The position numbers and the translations under genes are program-made. The notes beneath the pieces were generated by a model. The model did no database searches, was not told the origin of the DNA, and saw only the letters and a list, made by a program, of their open reading frames with translations. This document shows, one piece after another, positions 34,902-44,265 of a stretch of DNA of 64,000 bases (position 1 is its first letter; each line of letters starts with the position of its first letter). Origin of the DNA: Anaerolineaceae bacterium (GTDB lineage: Bacteria; Chloroflexota; Anaerolineae; Anaerolineales; Anaerolineaceae); contig DAIOEK010000007.1 in assembly GCA_036746315.1 (NCBI GenBank), positions 19,759-83,758 of the forward strand, written 5' to 3'.

Positions 34902-36246
34902 GGTTGCCCTCCTCCAGAATTTCACACAATACATCGATTTCATTTTTGCTGTTCATTTCGGTCACCGCGATCAACAGGTAATTCTTCATGCCAGGGTAGA
35001 TCTCTCCCAGGTCCAGACCACCCAGAATCCCATGATCGAGCAGATGGGCGTTCAATTCCGCTGCAGGAACCGGGCAGCAAACGGCAAATTCATTGAAGAA
35101 GGGTTGGGTGCTGCAAATCGAATATCCCGGGATTTTGCTGATCTGCTCCGCGGCATAATGGGCTTTGTGGTAGCTCAACTCGGCCACTTTCTTCAAGCCG
35201 GATTTGCCCAACAGGCTGAGGTAGACGGTGGCGGCAAGCGCCAGCAAGCCCTGATTGGTGCAGATGTTGGATGTGGCTTTTTCCCGGCGGATATGCTGTT
35301 CGCGGGCAGTCAGGGTCAACACGTACGCGCGTTTGCCTTCCGCGTCGGTCGTCTCGCCGACCAGGCGGCCGGATATCTTGCGGATGTATTCTTTTTTGGT
35401 GGCAAACAAACCGAGATAGGGTCCGCCGAACGACAGGGGGATGCCCAGAGGCTGCCCTTCTCCGATGGCGATGTCGGCGCCCATTTCACCGGGCGATTTG
35501 AACAGGGCAAGGGAGATGGGGTTGACCGCAACAGCCACCAAAGCGCCAACCTCGTGCGCCTTCTGGATTAGTTGCGCGTAGTCATAGATATTTCCAAGGA
35601 AATCCGGATACTGAACGATCACCAGGGCAGTCTGGTCATCCAATTGCGCGATCAGCGGGGCGGGGTCTCCGGTGGGGATGCCGTCGATACGATCGCCGGT
35701 CAGTTGCAGATCAGCGTAACCCTGGGTGTAGGTGCGGATTGTCTGCCGGTACATCGGGTGCAGCGTGGGCGAGAGGATAACCCTGGGGCGTTTGCCGCGG
35801 AAGTGGTGATAAGCCATGATCACCGCCTCTGCACTGGCAGTGGCGCCATCGTAATGCGATGCATTGCAGGCTTCCATGCCGGTCAGGGAAGCGATCAGGC
35901 TTTGATATTCGAAGATCACCTGCAGGGTTCCCTGCGAAATCTCGGGCTGGTAGGGTGTGTAGGCGGTATAGAATTCCCCTCTGCGGAGGATCATATCCAC
36001 GGCAGCCGGGATGTAATGATTATATGCCCCGGCACCGAGAAACGAAACCAGATTTTCCGAAGTCTCGTTTGCCGCTGCAAGATTCTGCAATTCAGCCATG
36101 ACCTCCATTTCGGTCATGGCGGGGGGGAGATTAAGCCTGGGGAAGCGATATTTGGCCGGGACGGACTTAAACAAGTCATCCAGGGATTTGATCCCGACCG
36201 CATCCAGCATCTCCCTGGTCTCAGAATCGGTATGTGGGATGAACAT
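34894..36246 (-). CDS. gcvPA: Glycine dehydrogenase (aminomethyl-transferring) subunit 1
   Basis: MFIPHTDSETREMLDAVGI... is the typical GcvPA N-terminus. The start lies 1 nt after the gcvH stop. Confidence 0.93.
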   Translation of the reverse strand: MFIPHTDSETREMLDAVGIKSLDDLFKSVPAKYRFPRLNLPPAMTEMEVMAELQNLAAANETSENLVSFLGAGAYNHYIPAAVDMILRRGEFYTAYTPYQPEISQGTLQVIFEYQSLIASLTGMEACNASHYDGATASAEAVIMAYHHFRGKRPRVILSPTLHPMYRQTIRTYTQGYADLQLTGDRIDGIPTGDPAPLIAQLDDQTALVIVQYPDFLGNIYDYAQLIQKAHEVGALVAVAVNPISLALFKSPGEMGADIAIGEGQPLGIPLSFGGPYLGLFATKKEYIRKISGRLVGETTDAEGKRAYVLTLTAREQHIRREKATSNICTNQGLLALAATVYLSLLGKSGLKKVAELSYHKAHYAAEQISKIPGYSICSTQPFFNEFAVCCPVPAAELNAHLLDHGILGGLDLGEIYPGMKNYLLIAVTEMNSKNEIDVLCEILEEGNHD

Positions 36247-36247
36247 A

Positions 36248-36640
36248 TTAATGCTCGCGGGACTTGCAATATGCCTCGTAGGCAGAGGCATCCATCAGGT
36301 CGTTCAGTTCGGCGGGGTCGGATAATTCGACTTTGATCATCCATGCACCGTCGTATGGCTCACTGTTCACCTTTTCAGGCGCATCTGCCAAGGCTTCGTT
36401 GATGCCAACCACTTTGCCGCTCACCGGAGCATTCACATCAGAGGCAGCTTTCACCGATTCAACGGTGGCAAATGGTTTTGCTTGCTTGATCTCATCGCCT
36501 TCGCCGACCGTGATTTCAACGAATACAACATCCGAGAGTTGTTCCTGGGCGAAATCACTCACTCCGATTGTGGCAACATTGCCATCCACTTTTACCCATT
36601 CATCTGTCTTGGCAAACTTTAAACCTGCGGGAATATTCAT
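36248..36640 (-). CDS. gcvH: Glycine cleavage system H protein
   Basis: 130 aa: KFAKTDEWVKVDG...ATVESVKAASDV (lipoyl-Lys motif). Confidence 0.95.
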   Translation of the reverse strand: MNIPAGLKFAKTDEWVKVDGNVATIGVSDFAQEQLSDVVFVEITVGEGDEIKQAKPFATVESVKAASDVNAPVSGKVVGINEALADAPEKVNSEPYDGAWMIKVELSDPAELNDLMDASAYEAYCKSREH

Positions 36641-36674
36641 TACTTGCCTCCGTAATAGTGTGAATTAAATTAGC

Positions 36675-36860
36675 AGGCACACGGTAACAACCGTGTGCCT
36701 CTGTTATTAACCTGAGAGATTCGCCTTAACAATAAGGTTTGCCCCTTCGGTACCTGCAAGCTTTCCAGAAAGCATGATCTCGGGTCCTTCTACCTGAGAG
36801 TTTCATCCAATACGGATTTGCCCCTTCGGTGCCTGGGTGAACCAGTCCTCTTCCCAAAGA
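36675..36860 (-). promoter_or_regulatory. Tandem glycine riboswitch (two aptamers) plus expression-platform hairpin, in the gcvH leader
   Basis: The minus strand reads GGGAAGAGGACUGG..CACCGAAGGGGCAA..CUCUCAGGUAGAAGGAC, then CUGGAAAG..UACCGAAGGGGCAA..CUCUCAGGUUAA. The hairpin aggcacacgg/ccgtgtgcct follows at 36675-36700. Confidence 0.9.
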
Positions 36861-36999
36861 TAAAATCATTCTACGGGCTAAGAGAATTAATGTCAAGCAA
36901 GCATAAAGTGCACAGCACTCATTTTTCGTTCAATGCAAATCCTTGACCCGATTTTCTTCATCCACTACAATCCAACTATCTTATTTACCCGGGGTGTCA

Positions 37000-37911
37000 A
37001 TGAAATACACCATTATTCTTAATCCCATTTCCGGCAGAGGAAATGGCGAAAAATCCCTCCCTAGAATCAGGCAGTATTTTGACGATCATCAACTGGACTA
37101 TGAAGTGGTTGTCACTGAATTTCCCGGGCAGGCAATGGATATTGCCATGCAGAAAGCCGGAAATGATGTTGTTGTGGTCTCGGCGGGTGGTGACGGCACC
37201 GCCAATGAAGTGATCAACGGCTTGATGCAGGCTCACAACCAACACGGCTTGGATGTGAGCATGGGGGTCATTCCGGTGGGGCGCGGAAACGACTTCGCCT
37301 TTTCGATGGGCATTCCTGTTGAATTGGAAGAGAGCCTTTCATTTCTCACCGGACACGAACCCCGATCCATCGATCTGGGCATGGTGCATGGCGACAACTT
37401 CCCCGACGGCCGTTATTTCGGCAATGGCGTGGGCATAGGCTTCGATGCCGTGGTCGGCTTCGAGGCATTGAAGATGAAAAGGCTGAAAGGGTTTGCTTCT
37501 TACCTGGTGGCGGCATTGAAGACCATTTTCATTTTTTACAAGGCACCCAAAGTGCAGGTGAAAATGGATGAGGGAGATGTGATTGCTTCGGTGCTGATGG
37601 TGTCGATCATGAATGGCATTCGCATGGGCGGCGGCTTCTTTATGGCGCCGCAGGGAAATCCGCACGATAATCATTTCGACCTGTGCTGCGTGGATAAGGT
37701 ATCCAAGCTGGGCACCTTCCCATTGATCAGCCTGTTTATGAAAGGTTCCCAGGCTGGGCATCCGGCGGTTCGTTTCTTTGAGAGCAAAAACGTGGTGATC
37801 ACTGCCCTGGAAGGCACTCTTCCGGCGCATGCAGATGGAGAGACGGTCTGCACCGCGGGTAGTGAAGTAAGCGTGAAGATCGTCCCAGACGCGCTGCGGC
37901 TGGTCTGCTAG
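37000..37911 (+). CDS. Diacylglycerol/lipid kinase family protein (YegS/BmrU-like)
   Basis: MKYTIILNPISGRGNG...VVVVSAGGDGTANEVINGL is the DAGK catalytic-domain signature. Confidence 0.85.
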   Translation: MKYTIILNPISGRGNGEKSLPRIRQYFDDHQLDYEVVVTEFPGQAMDIAMQKAGNDVVVVSAGGDGTANEVINGLMQAHNQHGLDVSMGVIPVGRGNDFAFSMGIPVELEESLSFLTGHEPRSIDLGMVHGDNFPDGRYFGNGVGIGFDAVVGFEALKMKRLKGFASYLVAALKTIFIFYKAPKVQVKMDEGDVIASVLMVSIMNGIRMGGGFFMAPQGNPHDNHFDLCCVDKVSKLGTFPLISLFMKGSQAGHPAVRFFESKNVVITALEGTLPAHADGETVCTAGSEVSVKIVPDALRLVC

Positions 37912-37921
37912 GTAGGTTAAC

Positions 37922-38596
37922 ATGACATTTGCAACGCGTATGATCAACGGAACCATCAGGGGGGTGACACGCACCATCTGCCGGGTGGATGCGGATGAGT
38001 TGTACAAAGTTCCGCAACGTGGTCCGCTGATCCTGGCGGTGAATCATGTCAATTTTCTCGATGCGCCGCTGCTTTATACGCACTTGCTCCCCAGACCCAT
38101 CACTGCACTGGTAAAAAAGGAAACCTGGGATAACCTGTTTCTGGGAGCATTGTTCTCCATGTGGAAAGCCATCCCCATCCGGCGCGGAGAAGTGGATCTG
38201 ACTGCGTTCAAACTGGCCAAGGAAGCGCTGGCTGAACGACAGATACTGGTGGTTGCTCCTGAAGGAACGCGCAGCAAAACCGGATATTTGCAGCGCGGCA
38301 AACCGGGGTTCAGTCTACTGGCATCGGAATCACGGTCGCCCATCCAGCCCATGGCGTTTTACGGCGGGGAATTGATCTGGGATAATATGCAGCATCTGGT
38401 GCGCACGGATTTCCACGTGCATGTGGGCGGGATTTACCGGTTGAAGAGTGGGATCGACATCCGCGACAGGCAGGTCAGGCAGGGCGTGACCGATGAAGTA
38501 ATGCGGCTGATCGCGGCCCTGCTGCCTGAAAAATACCGCGGGGAGTACGGCAATATCAAGATGGAATCGCTGGAATACCTTGAACCAGTGTCGTAA
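37922..38596 (+). CDS. plsC: 1-acyl-sn-glycerol-3-phosphate acyltransferase
   Basis: HX4D motif NHVNFLDAP and APEGTRS motif. Confidence 0.85.
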   Translation: MTFATRMINGTIRGVTRTICRVDADELYKVPQRGPLILAVNHVNFLDAPLLYTHLLPRPITALVKKETWDNLFLGALFSMWKAIPIRRGEVDLTAFKLAKEALAERQILVVAPEGTRSKTGYLQRGKPGFSLLASESRSPIQPMAFYGGELIWDNMQHLVRTDFHVHVGGIYRLKSGIDIRDRQVRQGVTDEVMRLIAALLPEKYRGEYGNIKMESLEYLEPVS

Positions 38597-38712
38597 GCTT
38601 TGTCGCCGTGAAGAAAGCTGATCAGCAACTTTTTTTGCTGTTCATCATCCAAATTTACTTTTTCCAATACTTCAAGAAAACGCCTCCACCACATGGGGGC
38701 CAAAATTTTTAA

Positions 38713-38927
38713 GCGGGAGAGCGATAACATCCCCGTATGGGGGCGAGGATTTGAACCTGGCTAAATACCCGACGCGGGTGAAAATAAAATAACCTCCACG
38801 ATAAGTGAAGGTTATTCTCTGCGGAGAGCGATAACATCCCCGTATGGGGGCGAGGATTTGAACCTGGCTAAATACCTGACGCGGGTGAAAATAAAATAAC
38901 CTCCACGATAAGTGAAGGTTATTCTCT
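38713..38927. repeat. Two tandem ~107-bp units (38713-38820, 38821-38927), each a degenerate tRNA-Asp 3' fragment plus a terminator-like hairpin
   Basis: The units differ by one substitution and one 1-nt indel. Each begins gcgg(g)agagcga...ggatttgaacc, paralleling the tRNA-Asp 3' end gcgggagcgacgggatttgaacc. Hairpins aataacctccac/gtgaaggttatt lie at 38788-38816 and 38895-38923. Confidence 0.85.
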
Positions 38928-38928
38928 G

Positions 38929-39002
38929 CGGGAGCGACGGGATTTGAACCCGCGATCTCGGCCTTGACAGGGCCGCATGTTAAACCGCTACACCACGCCC
39001 CC
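38929..39002 (-). tRNA. tRNA-Asp (anticodon GTC), CCA not encoded
   Basis: The reverse complement GGGGGCGTGGTGTAGCGGTTTAACATGCGGCCCTGTCAAGGCCGAGATCGCGGGTTCAAATCCCGTCGCTCCCG has anticodon stem CGGCC/GGCCG with loop CTGTCAA, and T-arm GCGGG-TTCAAAT-CCCGT (terminal G-T wobble pair). Confidence 0.85.
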
Positions 39003-39053
39003 GAACGGAGGATATATTATCATGACCCTATTATGGCGTCAAGGAATTGGCAT

Positions 39054-39506
39054 CTATAAATCGAAAATCCATCCGTCCGTGACCCGATCCCACGAGACCA
39101 GTTCCTGTGGATCGAACCACATGGCAATCTCCGCCTCGGCGTTTTCCACACTGTCACTGGCGTGGGTCAGGTTGCGGCTGGTGATCAGCCCCAGGTCGTG
39201 ACGGACTGTTCCCGGCGCGGCATTCAACGGATTCGTGGCGCCCATCGTCTGACGGATGGCTGCAATCGCTTCTGGACCTTCCCATACCATCGCCATCACC
39301 GGCGACGCGGTGATGTAACGGATCAGCCCGGCATAAAACGGCTTTCCCTGATGTACGGCATAATGTCTTTCGGCAAGGGATTTATCGACTTGCAGGAATT
39401 TGGCTGCGACCAGTTTCAAACCGCGTGTTTCCATGCGCTTGATAATTTCGCCAACCAATCCACGCTGAACACCATCCGGTTTGATTAAGACAAGCGAGCG
39501 TTCCAA
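39054..39506 (-). CDS. ndk: Nucleoside diphosphate kinase
   Basis: MERSLVLIKPDGVQRGLVGEII...RNLTHASDS (active-site His). Confidence 0.95.
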   Translation of the reverse strand: MERSLVLIKPDGVQRGLVGEIIKRMETRGLKLVAAKFLQVDKSLAERHYAVHQGKPFYAGLIRYITASPVMAMVWEGPEAIAAIRQTMGATNPLNAAPGTVRHDLGLITSRNLTHASDSVENAEAEIAMWFDPQELVSWDRVTDGWIFDL

Positions 39507-39530
39507 AGTTGCACCTCTGCTGACTGTGAT

Positions 39531-39560
39531 AATAAAAACTCGGGGTAAGGATACCCCGAG
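39531..39560 (-). terminator. Intrinsic terminator downstream of the TPR gene
   Basis: ctcggggta-agga-taccccgag, followed on the minus strand by TTTTT. Confidence 0.7.
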
Positions 39561-39587
39561 TAGTATAACATAACTCTATCTGCGGAC

Positions 39588-42500
39588 TTATTGCAGGTAT
39601 TCTTCTGCCTTCGTATAGGCATCAAGCGCTTCTTGAAGATCCCCATTCCGTCCGTGTGCATCACCCAGAATTACCCAAAGGTTGAAATCGGTGGGGTTAT
39701 CGTGAATGGCTGCATCGACGACCTGGATCACCTCATGCAGCTTTTGTTCAGATGCCACCAGGGAGGTCAGTGCGGGAAGGGCGTTGTCAATATCCCCGGC
39801 ATCGAGCGCTGAAAGGGCCTGGTCGAAAATGACCTGGTAATCGCCGGTGGGGATCGCTGCAACTTTACGGGCAGGCACTTTCTCGGCTGCCTGCGGGATT
39901 TCTGCCACCGGTACCGCCTGGGGCGCTTCTTGGGGCTCCGGCTCTGCCTCGCCGACAGGTTCTGATTGTGGTTCTTCCACCAGTTCCGGTGCGCTTTGTT
40001 CCACAGGCTCCGGTTCGGGTTCCGCGGCAGGTTCCACCTCGGCTTCGGTTTCCGCAACCGGCTCTTCCGCCGGGGTCATAATTTCTTCGAGGGCGGCAGA
40101 TACTTCAGCCTCTGTTTCGGCAGAAACATCGGCTGTTTCAGCAGCGGGCTCCTCCGCGAAACCTTCCATATCGTTTCTGCTAAGCGATTCGGTCACGCCG
40201 GCATTGGCTGCCCGTTCGGCAAATAATGGAATGCCGATTGCAGCAGCCGCGGCGGCGGCTCCGGCGTCTTTCAAGATCGATTCTGGGGATTCAGTTTCAC
40301 CTGCCTCACCCGGTTGTGCTGCTTCGGCGGCGGGTTCTTCTGTGATCGCCAATTCGCCAACAGTTTCTTCCGTTTCCATGGCGGGTGTTTCTTCCACCAC
40401 TGCGGCGGCGGTTTCCGCCATCGACGGCATTTCTTCCACTGTTTCTTCGGATGCGGGCGCCGGTGTCTCGGCAATCGCTTCCGGTTCAGTTTCAGCGCTG
40501 GTCACCGCTGCCGGTGTGGGCGCTTCTTTTTCGTCCTGCAGCCACTCGGGTAATTCTCCTGTCGTGGCCAGGGCGCCGGGCTCTTCACCCGTCTCCACGC
40601 TTCCCTGAATGTCATCCATCCAATCCGGTACGCCGGTTTCCGTGCTGCTTTCGGCAGCTTCGGTAATATCCAGTCCGTCAAGCCAGCTTGGAACATCGGC
40701 GGAGATCACCGGTTCCGGCGCCGGTTCGGCCGGAGGCAGGGGCGATTCGGGCGGCGGAGCAGAGTAGCCCTTCAGCCAGTCGGGGAATTCATCCGCGCCC
40801 GTGGCGGCTGCCATCTCGACCGGGCTGGTGCCTTCCGATGAGTCGATTTCTTTCAGCCATTCCGGCAATTCTTCTGCGGCTTCTTCAGCGTCGGGAGGAA
40901 GAATGGAGGTGGTGGGTTTGTCTTCGGCTGTCTCTACTGCCTGTGTTTCTTCTTCCTCAATAAACAGGCTGGGTTCAGGTGTAATTTCAGGTTCTGGCGC
41001 AACGGGTTCTTCTTCAGCCTGTGCCGGTATTTCCGGCATGACAGCTGCCGGTGCGCTTTCTCCCATGATGGGTTTTTCATCCTGGTCGAGCAGATGCAGC
41101 CAATCGGGCATTTGCTCCACCTCTTCACGTTCGTCTTCCGGTAAGACCGCGGTGCGGACTTTGTCTTCGGTTTCTTTCTTTACTACCACGGGGGCAACTT
41201 CCTGTTGAATGTCTGCCAGCCAGTCTGGCATCTTTTCTTTTTCTTCAGGCGTAAGCGCCACCGTTACCACTTCGTTGTTGCTGGATGTGGGTTCCACCGG
41301 GGGGATGGGGATCTGTGCCTGCGGCGGCTGGGTGGTTGTTTCACCCGCCGATGGCATCTCCTGGAGCCAATCGGGAACATCTTCCGGTGAAAGGATGCTG
41401 GTGCCTCCCGCAATCGGGAAGCCTTCATCCATCACCTGGTCAGGCTGCCATTCTTCACCCTTCTCTGCCTGGCTGGTTTCAATGTCCGGCGAAATTTCCT
41501 GCAGCCAATCCGGTATTTCCGCCGGGGAAAGTGCCTGTTCTTCGGCGGAGAGTTCCAAAACCTGGGTATACACCGGGGCGACTTCCGCCGGTTTTTCCTG
41601 CGGCGGTTCCGCTTCCGGTTCGATAGCTTTCTCTTCTATCAGCGCAGGCTCAGCGTGCGCGGGTTTTTCAGTATCAGATTTCTGATCCAGACCGCTCAGC
41701 CATTCGGTGAAGGATGCTTCATCAGAAGCCGGAGGCTGTGCTGTACTTTCCGCCGCATCGCCGGGAGCCATGGATTGCAGCCAATCGGGGATCTCACCAG
41801 GCGTAATTTCGCCTTCCTGGGCTGGCTCATCATCCACCTTGATCACTTGCGCCGGAGGGGTATCTTCCGTAATTGTGCCGGCGGATGCCCATCCGGTGGA
41901 TTTGAGGAAATCGGGGATATCGGCATCCTTTTCAGGCTTGGCTCCCTCGGATTCCTGCAGCCACGATGGCAGCGTTTCATCCACCGGCTCAGTCACGACC
42001 GGCTGGGTGGAGGATGTACCGCCTTCCGCGGACTGTTCCTGGGGCAGGGACGCCGCATCCAGGATTTTGGTAAAGCCCTGTGCGCCCAGGTCGGCAATAC
42101 CTGCCATATCGTTTGCCAGCCAGTCGGGTGCGGCTTCTTCGCCGCCCGAACCTTCGCCGGCGTGAGATTGCGAATCATAGAAGAATTTTTCAATGAAAAT
42201 GGCGTCATCCGGAATCTGATCGACTGTCAGATTGGAACCCAGTACGGTTTCTTCATATGGGTCGAGCGCCACCAGTTTTTTGTGATAGAAATCCGCCTCT
42301 TTCATCTTTCCCTGGGAGAGCAGGATCTCCACCATCAAGAGGTTGGTATCGTAGCAGAAGGGCAGTTTTTCCAGGATCTTCTGTGCCAGGGTGATGGCTT
42401 CATTTACCATGCCCGAGAGATAATACATGCGGGCAAGCAATACTTCCAGGTCCGGGCGGTCGGGGGTCTCATGCAAGATGGATTTGATCTCTGCGATTGC

Positions 42501-42944
42501 CTGGCGGTTTTGATTGCCGCGCGCATACATCCGGCAGAGTGCACCCCTGGTCAGGCGGATCTTTTGCGGTTCCTGTCCATCCCTTTTGCCGTAGAGGTGT
42601 TTGAGCTCATCCTGGATAGCCTGATTGGAGGGCTGAACTTCAAAAGCCCGCTCCATGTGCCAGATTGCTGCATCGAGGTCACCTTCTTCTCCGCGGATGA
42701 TGCTCATCCCCACATGGGTGACAAAATCGTCCGGCACCACTGCCAGAACGCGCTGGAATAGGTCGATGGCTTCCTTGTGGCGGTGCGCTTCCAGATAGGC
42801 TTTACCCAACAGACGATAAGTATCCAGATGTTTCGGATACGTCTGCAGGATATACTGGCAGTGTGCTACAGCTTCATCCGTAAGACCGCGGTCGATCAGA
42901 CCGCCAATCTCACGATTATAGGCTCGCAAGGTAATTTTAGGCAT
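39588..42944 (-). CDS. Large acidic TPR-repeat protein with a central array of ~14 'PDWL' motifs
   Basis: 1118 aa with TPR-like helices at the N-terminus (first ~250 aa) and C-terminus (last ~70 aa). The centre and C-terminal half are Glu/Ala/Pro-rich, with repeated [IVMLF]P[DES]W[LM] motifs. Confidence 0.75.
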   Translation of the reverse strand: MPKITLRAYNREIGGLIDRGLTDEAVAHCQYILQTYPKHLDTYRLLGKAYLEAHRHKEAIDLFQRVLAVVPDDFVTHVGMSIIRGEEGDLDAAIWHMERAFEVQPSNQAIQDELKHLYGKRDGQEPQKIRLTRGALCRMYARGNQNRQAIAEIKSILHETPDRPDLEVLLARMYYLSGMVNEAITLAQKILEKLPFCYDTNLLMVEILLSQGKMKEADFYHKKLVALDPYEETVLGSNLTVDQIPDDAIFIEKFFYDSQSHAGEGSGGEEAAPDWLANDMAGIADLGAQGFTKILDAASLPQEQSAEGGTSSTQPVVTEPVDETLPSWLQESEGAKPEKDADIPDFLKSTGWASAGTITEDTPPAQVIKVDDEPAQEGEITPGEIPDWLQSMAPGDAAESTAQPPASDEASFTEWLSGLDQKSDTEKPAHAEPALIEEKAIEPEAEPPQEKPAEVAPVYTQVLELSAEEQALSPAEIPDWLQEISPDIETSQAEKGEEWQPDQVMDEGFPIAGGTSILSPEDVPDWLQEMPSAGETTTQPPQAQIPIPPVEPTSSNNEVVTVALTPEEKEKMPDWLADIQQEVAPVVVKKETEDKVRTAVLPEDEREEVEQMPDWLHLLDQDEKPIMGESAPAAVMPEIPAQAEEEPVAPEPEITPEPSLFIEEEETQAVETAEDKPTTSILPPDAEEAAEELPEWLKEIDSSEGTSPVEMAAATGADEFPDWLKGYSAPPPESPLPPAEPAPEPVISADVPSWLDGLDITEAAESSTETGVPDWMDDIQGSVETGEEPGALATTGELPEWLQDEKEAPTPAAVTSAETEPEAIAETPAPASEETVEEMPSMAETAAAVVEETPAMETEETVGELAITEEPAAEAAQPGEAGETESPESILKDAGAAAAAAAIGIPLFAERAANAGVTESLSRNDMEGFAEEPAAETADVSAETEAEVSAALEEIMTPAEEPVAETEAEVEPAAEPEPEPVEQSAPELVEEPQSEPVGEAEPEPQEAPQAVPVAEIPQAAEKVPARKVAAIPTGDYQVIFDQALSALDAGDIDNALPALTSLVASEQKLHEVIQVVDAAIHDNPTDFNLWVILGDAHGRNGDLQEALDAYTKAEEYLQ

Positions 42945-43003
42945 ATTCAGGATACCTCCCTTGAATAGTATGCAGCATTATCCACCAATATGCAAGTATT
43001 GTA

Positions 43004-43037
43004 CCGAAAGAAAAGTCCCTTCCGCAGAAGGGACTTT
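43004..43037 (-). terminator. Intrinsic terminator downstream of rpoD
   Basis: aaagtcccttc-cgca-gaagggacttt, followed on the minus strand by TTTTCTTT. Confidence 0.7.
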
Positions 43038-43047
43038 ATTGTATGCA

Positions 43048-44265
43048 TCATTCTCCGAGATAATCCCTTAGCTTGCGCCGGATGGTCGGATGCCGCAGAC
43101 GGCTCAATGCCTGGGCTTCGATCTGCCTGACGCGTTCGCGGGTTACGCCCATTTTGCGTCCGACTTCCTCGAGTGTATATGCCTGACCATCCAACAAACC
43201 GTAGCGCAGCTGCAAAATTCGCACTTCACGCGGGGGCAGGCTGTTCAACACTTCTTCAAGATGCTCGCGCAGCAGGTTGTAGGTGGCGCTTTCATCCGGC
43301 GGAGGCGCCTGATCGTCTTCGATGAAGTCACCCAGAACGGAATCTTCTTCATCATCGGTGGGCGTTTCCAGGGATAATGGACGCCGGGCTACCTGGATCA
43401 TGTTCTCCACTTTTTTGGGCGGTACATCCAGAGCGATTGCCAGCTCATCCACAGATGGTTCACGTCCCAGCTTTTGGGTGAGTTGGTGCTGTACGCGCAG
43501 CAGCTTGTTGATCTGATCGCCCATGTGCACGGGCACGCGGATGGTGCGACCCTGGTCGGCGATGGCGCGCGTGACCGCCTGGCGGATCCACCAGGTGGCG
43601 TAGGTGGAGAATTTATGTCCGCGCCGGTAATCGAACTTTTTTGTCGCACGGATGAGACCGATATTCCCCTCCTGGATCAAATCCAGAAAAGGCACCCCGC
43701 GCCCCATGTATTTTTTCGCCACGGAAATGACCAACCGGCTGTTGGCGGTGATCAGGTGTTCGCGTGCACCCCAGCCGTCTTCGATCAGGTGGCGCAGTTC
43801 GTTGCGGCGCTTGCCATTGGTGCTGCCGCGGGCAAGCTCCTCGCGGGAGGTGCGTCCGCGTTCGATCCGCTGGGCAAGAGTGACCTCTTCTTCGGCGTTT
43901 AATAAAGGAACGCGGCTGACTTCTTTTAGATAAAGCCCAATGGTGTCGTTGGTGTCGATGTTGGCCAGGTCATCCATTACGTTCGCCTGGCGCTCTTCCA
44001 GTTCGTCCTCTTCCTCGGGGATCAATTCTTCGTCGCTTGGGCCTTCAATGGAGGCAAGATCCTCGATATATGGGATACCCGCACTCAATAAGGCCGCAAA
44101 GGCTTCTTCCAGTTGCTCCACATCCTGTTCGGCTTCCGGAAAAAAGTGCAGAATATCATCTATGGTGACGTAAGATTTTTGTCTGCCCAGTTCGATCAAT
44201 CGCGCTATGGCAGAGTATTCGTCTTCGTCTTCTTCTGCTACGTTCAGTACAATATCATCCATCAA
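43048..44265 (-). CDS. rpoD: Primary-type RNA polymerase sigma-70 factor
   Basis: Acidic region 1; region 2 FSTYATWWIRQAVTRAIADQGRTIRVPVHM; region 4 REVRILQLRYGL...TLEEVG...VTRERVRQIE. Confidence 0.93.
   Translation of the reverse strand: MMDDIVLNVAEEDEDEYSAIARLIELGRQKSYVTIDDILHFFPEAEQDVEQLEEAFAALLSAGIPYIEDLASIEGPSDEELIPEEEDELEERQANVMDDLANIDTNDTIGLYLKEVSRVPLLNAEEEVTLAQRIERGRTSREELARGSTNGKRRNELRHLIEDGWGAREHLITANSRLVISVAKKYMGRGVPFLDLIQEGNIGLIRATKKFDYRRGHKFSTYATWWIRQAVTRAIADQGRTIRVPVHMGDQINKLLRVQHQLTQKLGREPSVDELAIALDVPPKKVENMIQVARRPLSLETPTDDEEDSVLGDFIEDDQAPPPDESATYNLLREHLEEVLNSLPPREVRILQLRYGLLDGQAYTLEEVGRKMGVTRERVRQIEAQALSRLRHPTIRRKLRDYLGE

Noticed and set aside
38434-38730. A 98-aa minus-strand ORF overlapping the plsC 3' end and the first repeat unit.
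   Set aside because: It lies antisense to a well-supported plsC and extends into repeat DNA. No motif or RBS is present.
38713-38927. A possible CRISPR array, because of the tandem repeats.
   Set aside because: There are only two units. They are directly abutting ~107-bp repeats with no unique spacers, and each resembles the tRNA-Asp 3' end plus a terminator. No cas genes are in the window.
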